Shown here: one piece after another, positions 55,637-64,000 of the stretch
Layout: every line of letters starts with the position of its first letter
How positions within the stretch are numbered: the first letter of the stretch is position 1
Assembly (NCBI GenBank): GCA_963798955.1
Contig: CAWCVO010000003.1
Span: 6,138-70,137 of the forward strand
Direction: 5' to 3'
From: an uncultured Chloroflexia bacterium
GTDB taxonomy: Bacteria > Chloroflexota > Limnocylindria > Limnocylindrales > CSP1-4
Length of the DNA: 64,000 nt
Translations under genes and position numbers: made by a program
The notes under the pieces: model-generated
Databases searched by the model: none
What the model saw: only the letters and a program-made list of their open reading frames with translations
What the model was told of the DNA's origin: nothing

Positions 55637-55979
55637 TCAGTGCAGCCGGCTGACCCAGTCGGCCGGCACGCGCCCAGCAGGACCGGGAGCCGGTTGCGTG
55701 ATCGGATGGTGCCGCGGCGGCGCAAGCTCGGGACCGTCGAGCGCCTCGTCGGTCATGTAGTTCCAGAACCAGTCTTCGCCCGGCTCGAAACTCTGGGCAA
55801 TCGGGTGGCCGGTGACGCGCGCGTGGCGGCTGGCGTGCTGCGACGGTGATGAGTCGCAGCAGCCCACGTGCCCGCACCTGGCGCAGCGACGCAGGTGGAA
55901 CCACCAGCCATCCGCGGTCGCCAGGCATTCGACGCAGCCTGATCCGCTGGGCGGCACGTCTGGATCGAACGCCTCCTCG
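55637..55979 (-). CDS. UBP-type zinc-finger (znf-UBP) small protein.
   Basis: CVECLATADGWWFHLRRCARCGHVGCCDSSPSQHASRHARVTGHPIAQSFEPGEDWFWNYMTDE is the canonical bacterial znf-UBP pattern. GTG start around 55979, 7 nt after GGAGGAG and just downstream of the MFS stop. The remainder of track ORF 55637..57202 is out-of-frame overlap. Confidence 0.6.
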
Positions 55980-56010
55980 AGGTCCCCGGGTTCGCCGCTG
56001 CGCACCGGTC

Positions 56011-57282
56011 TCACTCCTCCGCGCTGGTGGGCGCCGATGAAGCAACGATCTGCGGAAATTGGCGCCACAGCAGCACGACCAGTATCGCCGACCCGACGAA
56101 GCCGAACCAGAACGGCGCGGTGATGCCGAACGCCGCCGCGAGCACACCGCCGAGCGGAGTTCCCACGACCAGGCCACCGGTGAAGCTCACGCGATAGACG
56201 CCGCCCACACGGCCGAGGAGCTCGTTGGGCACCGCTCGCTGACGCACGGTCGTGGCCGTGGTGCCCCACACGAATGCCTCGGTGCCGAACATGACCATGG
56301 CCGCCAGCGCCACCGGCTGCGAGGTGGTCAGGGCCAGGGTCAGGTGCCAGAGCGTTTCCACGGTGAGCACGACGCGCATGATGTTGCCCAGGCTGAAGCG
56401 CCGCTCGAGGGCGCCGAACGAGAGAGTTCCCACGATGCCCCCGACCGCCACGGCCGTGGTCAGAAGGCCGAAGCCCACCGGCCCCATGTCCAGGCGCTGC
56501 GCGGCGTACAGGACGAGCACGCCCCATGCCGCGCCCCACGTGACGTTGAAGGCGGCGATGGTCAGCGCCAGCGTGCGCATCGCGGAATGTCCTGCCAGCC
56601 AGCGCAGGCCCTCGACCAGGTCGGATCTCAGCGCAGTCCCCTCCCCGCGCGTCGGTGCGGCGACGCTCGCGCCAATGCGCCAGATCAGCAGTGCGCCGAG
56701 CACGAAGGCGGCCGCATTCGCGGCGAAGGGCAAGGGCATGGCCACGGCAAACAGAAAGGCGCCGATGGGCGGCGCGACGAGCTGATTGGTGAGCAGGAAG
56801 GCGCCCTGCATGCGCGCGTTGCCGACGCCCAGGTCGGCCTTGGCGACCATGCTCGGCAGCAGTGTGCCGCTGGCTGAGTCGGCGAACGTCTCGGCCGTGC
56901 CGAGCACGAATATGGTGATCAGGACAAGGACGATGTCGACGCTCCCGGCGGCGATGGCGGCGACCAGCACCAGCAGCACCACGGCGCGCAGGAGATTGGC
57001 CACGACGACCATGCGGCGGCGATCGAAACGGTCGGCTGCCACGCCGCCCAGCACGGCGAACAGCAGCGCAGGCAGATAGTCGAAGAGCAACGCCAACGAC
57101 ACCAGGAATGGGTCGTGCGTCTGGGAAGCCACCAGCAGCGGCCCGCTGGCGAGGACGATGCCGTCGCCGAAGTTGTTGACCACGGTCGCCGCGAGCAGCC
57201 AACGAAAGCCACTGCCCAGGCGAGCCGGCGCGACCAGTTCGGCCACCGCCGTCAGGGGATTGCGCACGATCGCGAAGGGTAC
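56011..57282 (-). CDS. MFS transporter.
   Basis: Twelve predicted TM helices with the MFS loop motif …GGVAADRFDRRRMVVVANLLRAV…. Start approximate. Confidence 0.75.
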   Translation of the reverse strand, partial: VPFAIVRNPLTAVAELVAPARLGSGFRWLLAATVVNNFGDGIVLASGPLLVASQTHDPFLVSLALLFDYLPALLFAVLGGVAADRFDRRRMVVVANLLRAVVLLVLVAAIAAGSVDIVLVLITIFVLGTAETFADSASGTLLPSMVAKADLGVGNARMQGAFLLTNQLVAPPIGAFLFAVAMPLPFAANAAAFVLGALLIWRIGASVAAPTRGEGTALRSDLVEGLRWLAGHSAMRTLALTIAAFNVTWGAAWGVLVLYAAQRLDMGPVGFGLLTTAVAVGGIVGTLSFGALERRFSLGNIMRVVLTVETLWHLTLALTTSQPVALAAMVMFGTEAFVWGTTATTVRQRAVPNELLGRVGGVYRVSFTGGLVVGTPLGGVLAAAFGITAPFWFGFVGSAILVVLLWRQFPQIVASSAPTSAEE

Positions 57283-57362
57283 GCGACCGCGCGACAGGCC
57301 GATCGGCACTTGTGCCCGGCGTGACCCGGATCGGATGCTGACCGGCAGGAGGGTCAGCGCAG

Positions 57363-57941
57363 ATGAAGGTTCTCGTTGCCTATGCCAGCCGGCATGGCGC
57401 CACGCGCGGCATCGCCGAGAGGATCGGCCAGACACTCGAGCAGCACGGTCTTACGGCTACGGTCGCGCAGGTCACGCAAGTGGGCGATCCACGCGGCTAC
57501 GACGCTTTCGTCGTGGGCAGCGCGGCTTACGCATTTCACTGGCTGAGCGACGCGACCGCGTTCGTGCGCCGTCACCGCGAGCTGCTGGTGAGCCATCCGG
57601 TGTGGCTGTTCTCGAGCGGCCCCGTGGGCCCGGACAAGGTCGACAAGCATGGCCGCGACGTACTCGAAACGACCCGCCCGCGCGAATGGCTGGAGCTGGT
57701 CGATGCGCTTCGGCCGCGCGGCGAGCAGGTGTTCTACGGCGCCTACGACCCGGACCTGCCGCCCGCCGGGCTGGCCGAGCGGTTCATGAAGTTCTTCATG
57801 CGCTTCATGCCGTCGGTGCGCGACTCACTGCCGAGCGGCGATTTCCGCGACTGGCCGGCCATCGAGGCATGGGCGCTGGTGATCGCCCGCGAACTGACCG
57901 ATCCTGCGCCGGCGGCCGCCGGCGAACCAGTGCCCGCCTGA
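57363..57941 (+). CDS. Flavodoxin-domain protein (HemG/flavodoxin_5-like).
   Basis: MKVLVAYASRHGATRGIAERI…YDAFVVGSAAYAFHW…. Confidence 0.7.
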   Translation: MKVLVAYASRHGATRGIAERIGQTLEQHGLTATVAQVTQVGDPRGYDAFVVGSAAYAFHWLSDATAFVRRHRELLVSHPVWLFSSGPVGPDKVDKHGRDVLETTRPREWLELVDALRPRGEQVFYGAYDPDLPPAGLAERFMKFFMRFMPSVRDSLPSGDFRDWPAIEAWALVIARELTDPAPAAAGEPVPA

Positions 57942-57951
57942 TCGGTAGCGG

Positions 57952-58566
57952 CTAGATCACGCGGACGGCACCCAGCCCGCCGCGGATCTCGATTTCGACG
58001 CGCGCGCCGGCCTCGTCGTAGCCGGGCGACTGCCAGGCGTCCCCGACGCGTGGAAAGCGCGCCGTGTCGACGTCGGTTGATCCGAGCGCGATCTTGCCGT
58101 GAACATGCGCGGCCACGCCCTGCGGAACGGCGAGCATGACCTGGGCCAGGCCGCATTCGACGCGCACCGCGGTCTGGCCGCTGGCCGGCAGCCGGATCTC
58201 CGTGTCGGAGGCGCCGGTGTGGACCTCGAGGCGGCGGATGTGCAGCGCGGACAGGTCGACCACCGACTTGTTGGCCCCGGTGTCGAGGCGCAGGTCCACC
58301 GGAATCTCGCCGGTCAGGCGCACGTCCCAGTGGAGCATGCACCCGGCCAGGGCGGCGCGTCGCGGATCCTCCTGTTCGAGGTAGACGTTTCCCGCACCCA
58401 TGTCGCGGCGAATGACTCCGCCCTCGAAGGTGCCCGAAACCAGGACGCCGGCCGGGGCTGGTTGGAGGGACAGCTCCCCGCCGCCGAAGCCGATGCGCAC
58501 CTGGGCTTCGTGAAGCCCATCGAGCGGAATGGTCAGGCTCTCAACCGATACCGGAGCTTTGATCAT
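57952..58566 (-). CDS. LiaF-like 'toast-rack' (DUF4097/DUF2154) domain protein, soluble paralog.
   Basis: …RIGFGGGELSLQPAPAGVLVSGTFEGGV…LHWDVRLTGEIPVDLRLDTGANKSVVDLSALHIRRLEVHTGASDTEIRLPASG… is about 60% identical over 200 aa to the C-terminal domain of 60728..61702. Confidence 0.5.
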   Translation of the reverse strand: MIKAPVSVESLTIPLDGLHEAQVRIGFGGGELSLQPAPAGVLVSGTFEGGVIRRDMGAGNVYLEQEDPRRAALAGCMLHWDVRLTGEIPVDLRLDTGANKSVVDLSALHIRRLEVHTGASDTEIRLPASGQTAVRVECGLAQVMLAVPQGVAAHVHGKIALGSTDVDTARFPRVGDAWQSPGYDEAGARVEIEIRGGLGAVRVI

Positions 58567-58733
58567 GGTCGGTCTCCTTTGACCGACGAGCATGCTTCAG
58601 CACGCATCGCTTGACGCGTGCCGTTTGTCCCGATTCGCACCATCGGCGCAGCACGTGTCGCCATCAGTACGGTAGCCACGGACGGTCGCGACGGCGATCA
58701 TCGTGATGCCCACCACGCTGCAGAGGGGAAGTC

Positions 58734-60731
58734 GTGATCCGCAAGCCCGCTTTCGTTGCCGCGCTCACCTTCCTGGCGGTGATCGGAGCGTCCACGGCGG
58801 TGCAGGCTCACGACGGCCAGCAGGGTGTGGCCCTGGCCACCGCGCCCGGCCTCGAGGTACCGGTGTACGCCGCGGCCGCGAACGCGCGCCCGACGCCCAT
58901 CGAAGCGCTGCACGCGGCGAACCACGCGACTTCCGTGGCAGGTTCGGTCGTCACCGATACGGCCGACATCGAGGTCACCTACAGCAATTTCCCGGCCAAC
59001 GCCGAGGCAGCGTTCCAGGCCGCCGTCGACGTCTGGAAGACGCAGATCGTGTCGAGCCAGGTAATCCACGTCACGGCAAAGTGGACCTCGCTGGGCAACA
59101 CCGGGATCCTCGGCAGCGCTGGGCCTTCCAACTTCTACCTGCTCAGCGACCATCGCTGGTATGCGACGGCCCTGGCGGAGGCGAAATGCGGCTGCGCCAA
59201 AAACAAGAACACAGCGGCCGACATAAAGGCCTCCTTCAACAGCGACTTCACGCAGTGGTACCTGGGCACCGACGGCAACACGCCGTCGACCAAGTACGAC
59301 TTCGAGACGGTGGTGCTGCACGAGCTGGGCCATGGCCTCGGTTTCCTGAGCACGTACACGGACAATTCGGGCGGCGGCGGTTTCGGCTGGGCGTCCGGTG
59401 GCACCACCTACCCCACCAATTTCGACGCCGCCGAGTGGACGGCGGCCACGGGCGGGTCGCTGCTGACCAGCTTCGCCAACCCATCGAACGCCTTGGGGAC
59501 GCAGTTGACCGACGGGTCGGTCTACTTCGACGGGCCCAACGTCGAGGACGTGCTGGGCCACCGCGCGCGACTGTACGCGCCCGGATCGTGGCAGTCGGGC
59601 TCGAGCAACTCGCATCTCGATGAAGCCACCTACCCGAGCAGCGACGAGAACGCGCTGATGACGCCGGCGCTCTCCGGCGGCGAGGTCCACCACCTGCCCG
59701 GACCGCTGACGATGGCCATGTTCCGCGACATCGGCTGGACCACGCCCGACGTGGTCACGCCACCCAGCGAACCCGATGCGCCGCAGAACGTCAGCGCCAC
59801 ACCGGGCAACGCGAGCGCCGACGTCGCCTGGGATGCGCCCGCCTCGGACGGCGGCAGCCCGATCACCGGCTACACGGTCACTTCCGATCCCGACGCGCAG
59901 ACATGCCAGACGAGCGGCGCTACCGGCTGCACGGTCACCGGCCTGACCAACGACACGGCCTATACCTTCAGCGTCACCGCGACGAACGACGTCGGCACCG
60001 GGCCCGCGTCCGACCCGTCGGCGCCGGTCACGCCGTCCGACCAGATCGCTGACACCACGCCACCGCTCGTGGGTTTGCCCACGGCCACGCTGGTCGCCGG
60101 CCAGCATCTCGGCGCAACGGCACTCGTGCTGGTCAGCTGGCCCGACGCCTCAGACATATCGGGGATTGCCGGGTACGAGCTGCAGGTCAAGAAGGGCAGC
60201 GGCGCATGGACAGCGGTCGTCCTGGGCACGGCCACTGACACGAGCGTCGCAGTGGCACTCAAACCGGCGACCACTTACCGCCTCCGCCTGCGCGCGACCG
60301 ATGGCGCGGCCAACGTGAGCGCGTGGACGACGAGTGGCCCGAGCACCCTGCGGCGGCTGCAGGAGAAGGCCGCAGCGATCACCTACACGGGCAAGTGGAA
60401 GCGGCACGCCTTGAGCGGTGCCTCGGGCGGCTACGTGCGCTCGGCGGGCGCGGCCGGACGCGTCGCCACGCTGACCTTCAACGGCAGCTCGGCCGCGTTG
60501 GTCAGCACCCTCGGCCCGGCACGCGGGATCGTCGATATCTGGCTCGACGGCGCCTACGTCGAGACGGTCGACCTCTATGCTCCCGGCCTGGGTGCTGCGC
60601 AGGTCGTCTGGGCGACCGACCCGGGCCTCGCGGCCGGCGCGCACACCATCCAGCTTCGACCGACCGGCACGCACAACCCCAGCGCCACCAAGAACCGCGT
60701 CGACCTCGACGCGTTCCTGGTCTGGCCCTAG
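58734..60731 (+). CDS. Secreted protein with an N-terminal HEXXH metalloprotease-like domain, fibronectin-III-like domains and a C-terminal β-rich domain.
   Basis: Signal peptide (MIRKPAFVAALTFLAVIGASTAVQA); VVLHELGHGLGF (HEXXH); FN3-like (…PQNVSATPGNASADVAWDAPASDGGSPITGYTVTS…AYTFSVTATNDVGTGPAS…). Confidence 0.6.
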   Translation: MIRKPAFVAALTFLAVIGASTAVQAHDGQQGVALATAPGLEVPVYAAAANARPTPIEALHAANHATSVAGSVVTDTADIEVTYSNFPANAEAAFQAAVDVWKTQIVSSQVIHVTAKWTSLGNTGILGSAGPSNFYLLSDHRWYATALAEAKCGCAKNKNTAADIKASFNSDFTQWYLGTDGNTPSTKYDFETVVLHELGHGLGFLSTYTDNSGGGGFGWASGGTTYPTNFDAAEWTAATGGSLLTSFANPSNALGTQLTDGSVYFDGPNVEDVLGHRARLYAPGSWQSGSSNSHLDEATYPSSDENALMTPALSGGEVHHLPGPLTMAMFRDIGWTTPDVVTPPSEPDAPQNVSATPGNASADVAWDAPASDGGSPITGYTVTSDPDAQTCQTSGATGCTVTGLTNDTAYTFSVTATNDVGTGPASDPSAPVTPSDQIADTTPPLVGLPTATLVAGQHLGATALVLVSWPDASDISGIAGYELQVKKGSGAWTAVVLGTATDTSVAVALKPATTYRLRLRATDGAANVSAWTTSGPSTLRRLQEKAAAITYTGKWKRHALSGASGGYVRSAGAAGRVATLTFNGSSAALVSTLGPARGIVDIWLDGAYVETVDLYAPGLGAAQVVWATDPGLAAGAHTIQLRPTGTHNPSATKNRVDLDAFLVWP

Positions 60732-61702
60732 CGGACGGTGATCGAGCCCAGCCCGCCCTGCAGGTCGATGTCGATCCGGTTGGCGGCCGTCTCGTAATCC
60801 GCCGACTGCCACCCGGTCAGGGCGCGTGGGAAGCGCGTCTCGTCGACCCTCGTCGTGCCCATGGTCATGCGCGAGGCGATGCGCGCGGCAACGCCCTCGG
60901 GGACCTCGACCGTCAAGGCCGCGACGCCCGTCTCGGCGTGGAACGAGGTCGAACCGGATGCCGGCAGGCGTACGGTCGTCTCGCTCGCCCCGGTGTGCAG
61001 GTCGAGCCGCCGCACGTGCAGCGTGCTCAGGTCGATCTGTGAGCGGCTGGCGCCGGTGTTGATGGCCAGGTCGACCGGTATCTGGGCGGTGATGCCGACA
61101 TCCCAGTGCAGTGGTGCCCCGCCCCAGAAAGGCAGGCTCTCGGCGTAGGGCTTGAGCTCCAGCCTTCCGCGACGCAGCCGATCGCGCACCCGCACGCCGC
61201 CATCGAAGGTGCCCGACACGAGCATGCCCGCGGTGGCCTCGCCGAGGCGCAGTTCACCGCCGCCGAAGCGCAGACTGATCTCCGCGGCGCTCAAACCCGC
61301 CAGCGGGAGCGCCAGCTGTTGCGTGCCGCTGCCGCCATGCGCGAACAGCGCACCCAGCAGGAACCACAGGCCGAGGGCGATGGCCGCCACCGGCCACCAG
61401 GCGAGCAGCTGGTCCGGGGACACGTCGATCGAGTGGGTCGTGCTCAGCAGCAGAATCACGCCGACGACGGTGAAGGCGAGCGGTGACCACATTCGCCACA
61501 GGCCGAGCGGGTGGTACTCGCGGGTAATGACGGCAGTCAGCGCCGAGGCCATGGCGATCAGGATCACGAACAGCGGCCACGCCTCGGTCCACGGCCAGCC
61601 GGTGATCTGCTGGACGACGAAAACCAGGCCGATGCCGACCAGCCATACGCCGGCAACGATGAGCCCCTCACGCTCGGGCGCGGAACGAGTCGCTCTGATC
61701 AT
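60728..61702 (-). CDS. LiaF-like membrane protein (N-terminal TM helices plus 'toast-rack' DUF4097 domain).
   Basis: Four TM helices, then …LRFGGGELRLGEATAGMLVSGTFDGGV…LHWDVGITAQIPVDLAINTGASRSQIDLSTLHVRRLDLHTGASETTVRLPASG… Convergent with, and overlapping by 4 bp, the metalloprotease-like gene. Confidence 0.55.
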   Translation of the reverse strand: MIRATRSAPEREGLIVAGVWLVGIGLVFVVQQITGWPWTEAWPLFVILIAMASALTAVITREYHPLGLWRMWSPLAFTVVGVILLLSTTHSIDVSPDQLLAWWPVAAIALGLWFLLGALFAHGGSGTQQLALPLAGLSAAEISLRFGGGELRLGEATAGMLVSGTFDGGVRVRDRLRRGRLELKPYAESLPFWGGAPLHWDVGITAQIPVDLAINTGASRSQIDLSTLHVRRLDLHTGASETTVRLPASGSTSFHAETGVAALTVEVPEGVAARIASRMTMGTTRVDETRFPRALTGWQSADYETAANRIDIDLQGGLGSITVR

Positions 61703-61910
61703 TGGCCCAGCATCTTCGCCGATCGGCCACGGCGCCGGTGCCGTTCGGCCCCACTTGCCGGTAAGGCCGGCCCGCTGCCCGCCGCTTGTGGCAGCCGCTC
61801 CTCGTGCGTGGTGACGGTGGTCACCCGTGCTAGGTGACTCACGGCACGTTCGCCCACACGCGCGCGCTGCGTAGCGTCACGCCGGGGCCACTCGGAGTTG
61901 GAGGTAGCCA

Positions 61911-63302
61911 ATGGACGCAATCGACCTGGCGCGTATCCAGTTCGCCTTCACCGCCGCATTCCACTTCATATTCCCGGCGGTGTCGATCGGCCTGGGCCTG
62001 CTGGTCGCCGTCGCGGAGATCATCCGCTGGCGAACGAGGTCGGAGACCTGGGACCGCCTGGCGCGCTTCTGGACGAAGGTCTTTGCGCTCACCTTTGCCG
62101 TGGGTGTGGCCACCGGCATAGTGATGGAGTTCCAATTCGGCACCAACTGGTCGCGCTACGCGACCTTCGTTGGCGACATCTTCGGTTCGCCGCTGGCCGC
62201 CGAGGCCATCTTCGCCTTCTTCCTCGAGTCGACCTTCCTGGGCGTGCTGCTGTGGGGCCGCAACCGCGTGGGCTCGGGGCTGCGCATGGTGTCAGCCGTG
62301 CTGGTATCGCTCGGAGCGATCCTGTCCGGCTTCTGGATCATCGTCGCCAACTCGTGGATGCAGACCCCCGCGGGCTACCAGGTACAGGGCGACAAGGCCG
62401 TCCTGACCGACTTCATGGCGGCCGTCCTCAACGCTTCGACCATGCAGCGCTTCACGCACACCATCATCTCGGCGTGGGCGGTTGCTGCGTTCCTGATGGT
62501 CGGCGTAGGCGCCTGGTACCTGCTCAAGAATCGCCACTACGACATCGCCCGGCGCAGCATTCGGCTGGGACTGGTCGTGGCCCTCATCGCCTCGATCGGC
62601 ATGTTCTTGACCGGTGACTGGTCGTCGCGCCAGGTGGCGCAGACCCAGCCCGTCAAGTTCGCCGCCATGCAGGGCCTTTTCGAGACGACCCAGGGCGCAC
62701 CGATGATCATCTTCGCCCTGCCACCCAGCCAGGAGGGCGAAGCCAACGCGCCGAGCATCGTCGTCACCAGCCTGCTCAGCTGGCTGACGCATGGCGACAC
62801 CAACGCCACGGTCCAGGGCCTCAATTCCTTCCCGCAGGAGCTGTGGCCGCCGGTCGCCATGACCTTCCTGAGCTACCACAACATGGTCGTGCTGGGCACG
62901 ATCATGCTGCTGGCCATGCTCCTCGGTGTGCTCGCGTGGGTGCGCGGCCGGCTCGAGACGTGGCGCAGCTGGCTGTGGATCGCCGTCATCGTCACGCCCG
63001 CCCCGCTGATCGCCGTCGAGCTCGGCTGGGCGACGGCCGAAATCGGGCGCCAGCCATGGATCGTGTACGGCCTGATGAAGACGGCCGACGGCGTGTCGCC
63101 GCTGGTGACCACGCCCGACGTGATCGTCTCGCTGCTCGGTTTCGTGGGCGTCTACATCGCCCTCTTTGGCCTGTGGCTGTTCCTGGTTCGGCGCACGCTG
63201 CTTGCCGGGCCCGACCCCGCACCGGCCGGCATTCCCGGCGAAGTGCCGCCCGCACCGCTACCCGAACAACGCCAGCCCCGGCCCGCGGAGGTGCTCTCGT
63301 GA
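61911..63302 (+). CDS. cydA: Cytochrome bd ubiquinol oxidase subunit I.
   Basis: MDAIDLARIQFAFTAAFHFIFPAVSIGLGLLVA… with the Q-loop and GRQPW motif (ATAEIGRQPWIVYGLMKT). Confidence 0.9.
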   Translation: MDAIDLARIQFAFTAAFHFIFPAVSIGLGLLVAVAEIIRWRTRSETWDRLARFWTKVFALTFAVGVATGIVMEFQFGTNWSRYATFVGDIFGSPLAAEAIFAFFLESTFLGVLLWGRNRVGSGLRMVSAVLVSLGAILSGFWIIVANSWMQTPAGYQVQGDKAVLTDFMAAVLNASTMQRFTHTIISAWAVAAFLMVGVGAWYLLKNRHYDIARRSIRLGLVVALIASIGMFLTGDWSSRQVAQTQPVKFAAMQGLFETTQGAPMIIFALPPSQEGEANAPSIVVTSLLSWLTHGDTNATVQGLNSFPQELWPPVAMTFLSYHNMVVLGTIMLLAMLLGVLAWVRGRLETWRSWLWIAVIVTPAPLIAVELGWATAEIGRQPWIVYGLMKTADGVSPLVTTPDVIVSLLGFVGVYIALFGLWLFLVRRTLLAGPDPAPAGIPGEVPPAPLPEQRQPRPAEVLS

Positions 63303-64000
63303 TCGACCTGCCGACCATCTGGTTCGTGCTCATCGGCGTGCTGCTGGTTGGCTACGCCGTGCTCGACGGGTTCGACCTCGGAGTGGGCGTGCTCAGCCCC
63401 TTCATCGGCCGCTCACAGGCCGAGCGAGGCTTGCTAATGGAGGCGGTCGGGCCTGTCTGGGATGGCAACGAGGTGTGGCTGCTGACCATGGGCGGCGCCC
63501 TCTTCGCGGCCTTTCCACTGGTCTACGCCACCGTCTTCTCGGGCTTCTACCTGGCGCTCATGCTGCTCCTGCTGGGGCTGATCCTGCGCGCCGTGGCGAT
63601 GGAGTTCCGCCACCAGATCAGCGATCCCCGCTGGCTTCGTTTCTGGGACGCCGTGTTCTTCTTCGGCTCGCTGCTGCCCGCGTTGCTGCTGGGCGTGGCC
63701 CTCGGCAACGTGGCGCGCGGTCTGCCGCTCGTCGACGGCCAGTACCGCGACGGACTGCTCGGATTGCTTAACCCGTTCAGCCTGGCCGTGGGCCTGACCG
63801 GCCTGGTCATGTTCCTGATGCAGGGCTCGGCATGGCTCGTGCTGCGCACTGAAGGCGAGATCCAGCGCCGCGCCCGGCTCGTGGGCCGTGGCGCCCTGCT
63901 GGCGTTCGCGTCGCTGTGGCTGCTGGTGACCCTGGCGTCGATCATCGACGCGCCGGATCTGTGGAACAACTACGGCCAGCCGTTGGCATGGATCGCGCCG
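63299..64000 (+). CDS. cydB: Cytochrome bd ubiquinol oxidase subunit II. The 3' end is truncated by the window edge.
   Basis: GTG at 63299 overlaps the cydA TGA (GTGA). The translation (checked by hand) VIDLPTIWFVLIGVLLVGYAVLDGFDLGVGVLSPF… is the canonical CydB N-terminus. The frame is open to the window end. Confidence 0.85.
   Translation, partial: MIDLPTIWFVLIGVLLVGYAVLDGFDLGVGVLSPFIGRSQAERGLLMEAVGPVWDGNEVWLLTMGGALFAAFPLVYATVFSGFYLALMLLLLGLILRAVAMEFRHQISDPRWLRFWDAVFFFGSLLPALLLGVALGNVARGLPLVDGQYRDGLLGLLNPFSLAVGLTGLVMFLMQGSAWLVLRTEGEIQRRARLVGRGALLAFASLWLLVTLASIIDAPDLWNNYGQPLAWIAP

Noticed and set aside
55980-57202. Upstream 400 codons of the 521-aa minus ORF 55637..57202.
   Set aside because: Out-of-frame overlap of the MFS transporter gene. 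Only the last roughly 114 codons (znf-UBP) carry a protein signature.

Overview
This is a 64-kb chromosomal window of roughly 68-70% GC from a high-GC Gram-positive-type bacterium. Evidence for that placement: several F420-type LLM/PPOX oxidoreductases, frequent GTGA/ATGA start-stop overlaps, Pro/Thr-rich linkers, an archaeal-type inositol-3-phosphate synthase and a class-F-like sortase. Actinobacteria versus Chloroflexi cannot be decided from sequence alone. About 65 protein-coding genes are supported. No rRNA, tRNA, CRISPR array, transposase or integrase was found. Gene content in order: a partial sugar-ABC binding protein; a cupin; Arr rifampin ADP-ribosyltransferase; a VanRS-like two-component system divergent from a membrane-anchored VanY-like M15 D,D-carboxypeptidase; three scattered RibD_C/DHFR-family paralogs; a RelE/ParE toxin-antitoxin pair; pyruvate:ferredoxin oxidoreductase (single-base frameshift) with its DHOD-like partner; Zwf translationally coupled to a Cys-less TraR/DksA-like gene; an S4-domain protein coupled to an ABC-2 exporter; an F420-type LLM/PPOX enzyme cluster interrupted by a 3.3-kb module (ECF sigma, anti-sigma, secreted serine hydrolase) flanked by 325-bp direct repeats that leave a truncated LLM gene copy; an inositol-3-phosphate synthase carrying an in-frame YdaS/Cro-like HTH extension; dense cyclic-nucleotide signalling genes (membrane adenylate cyclase, GGDEF, GGDEF-HD-GYP, two cyclase-STAND-TPR giants, one with two frameshifts); an APH-fold kinase/class-III aminotransferase fusion GTGA-coupled to a secreted GH18 chitinase; three consecutive VOC proteins; a secreted Pro/Thr-rich tandem-repeat protein (frameshifted) next to a class-F-like sortase, separated by an intergenic region with repeated TTTGCAC motifs; two LiaF-like 'toast-rack' paralogs flanking a secreted HEXXH/FN3 protein; and cydAB. 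Four single-nucleotide frameshifts in otherwise conserved genes are the main caveat, pointing to either assembly errors or ongoing pseudogenisation. No single clear-cut novel system stands out. The most unusual items are the HTH-MIPS fusion, the repeat-flanked ECF module with gene-fragment mosaics, and the sortase/PT-protein/operator-motif locus.
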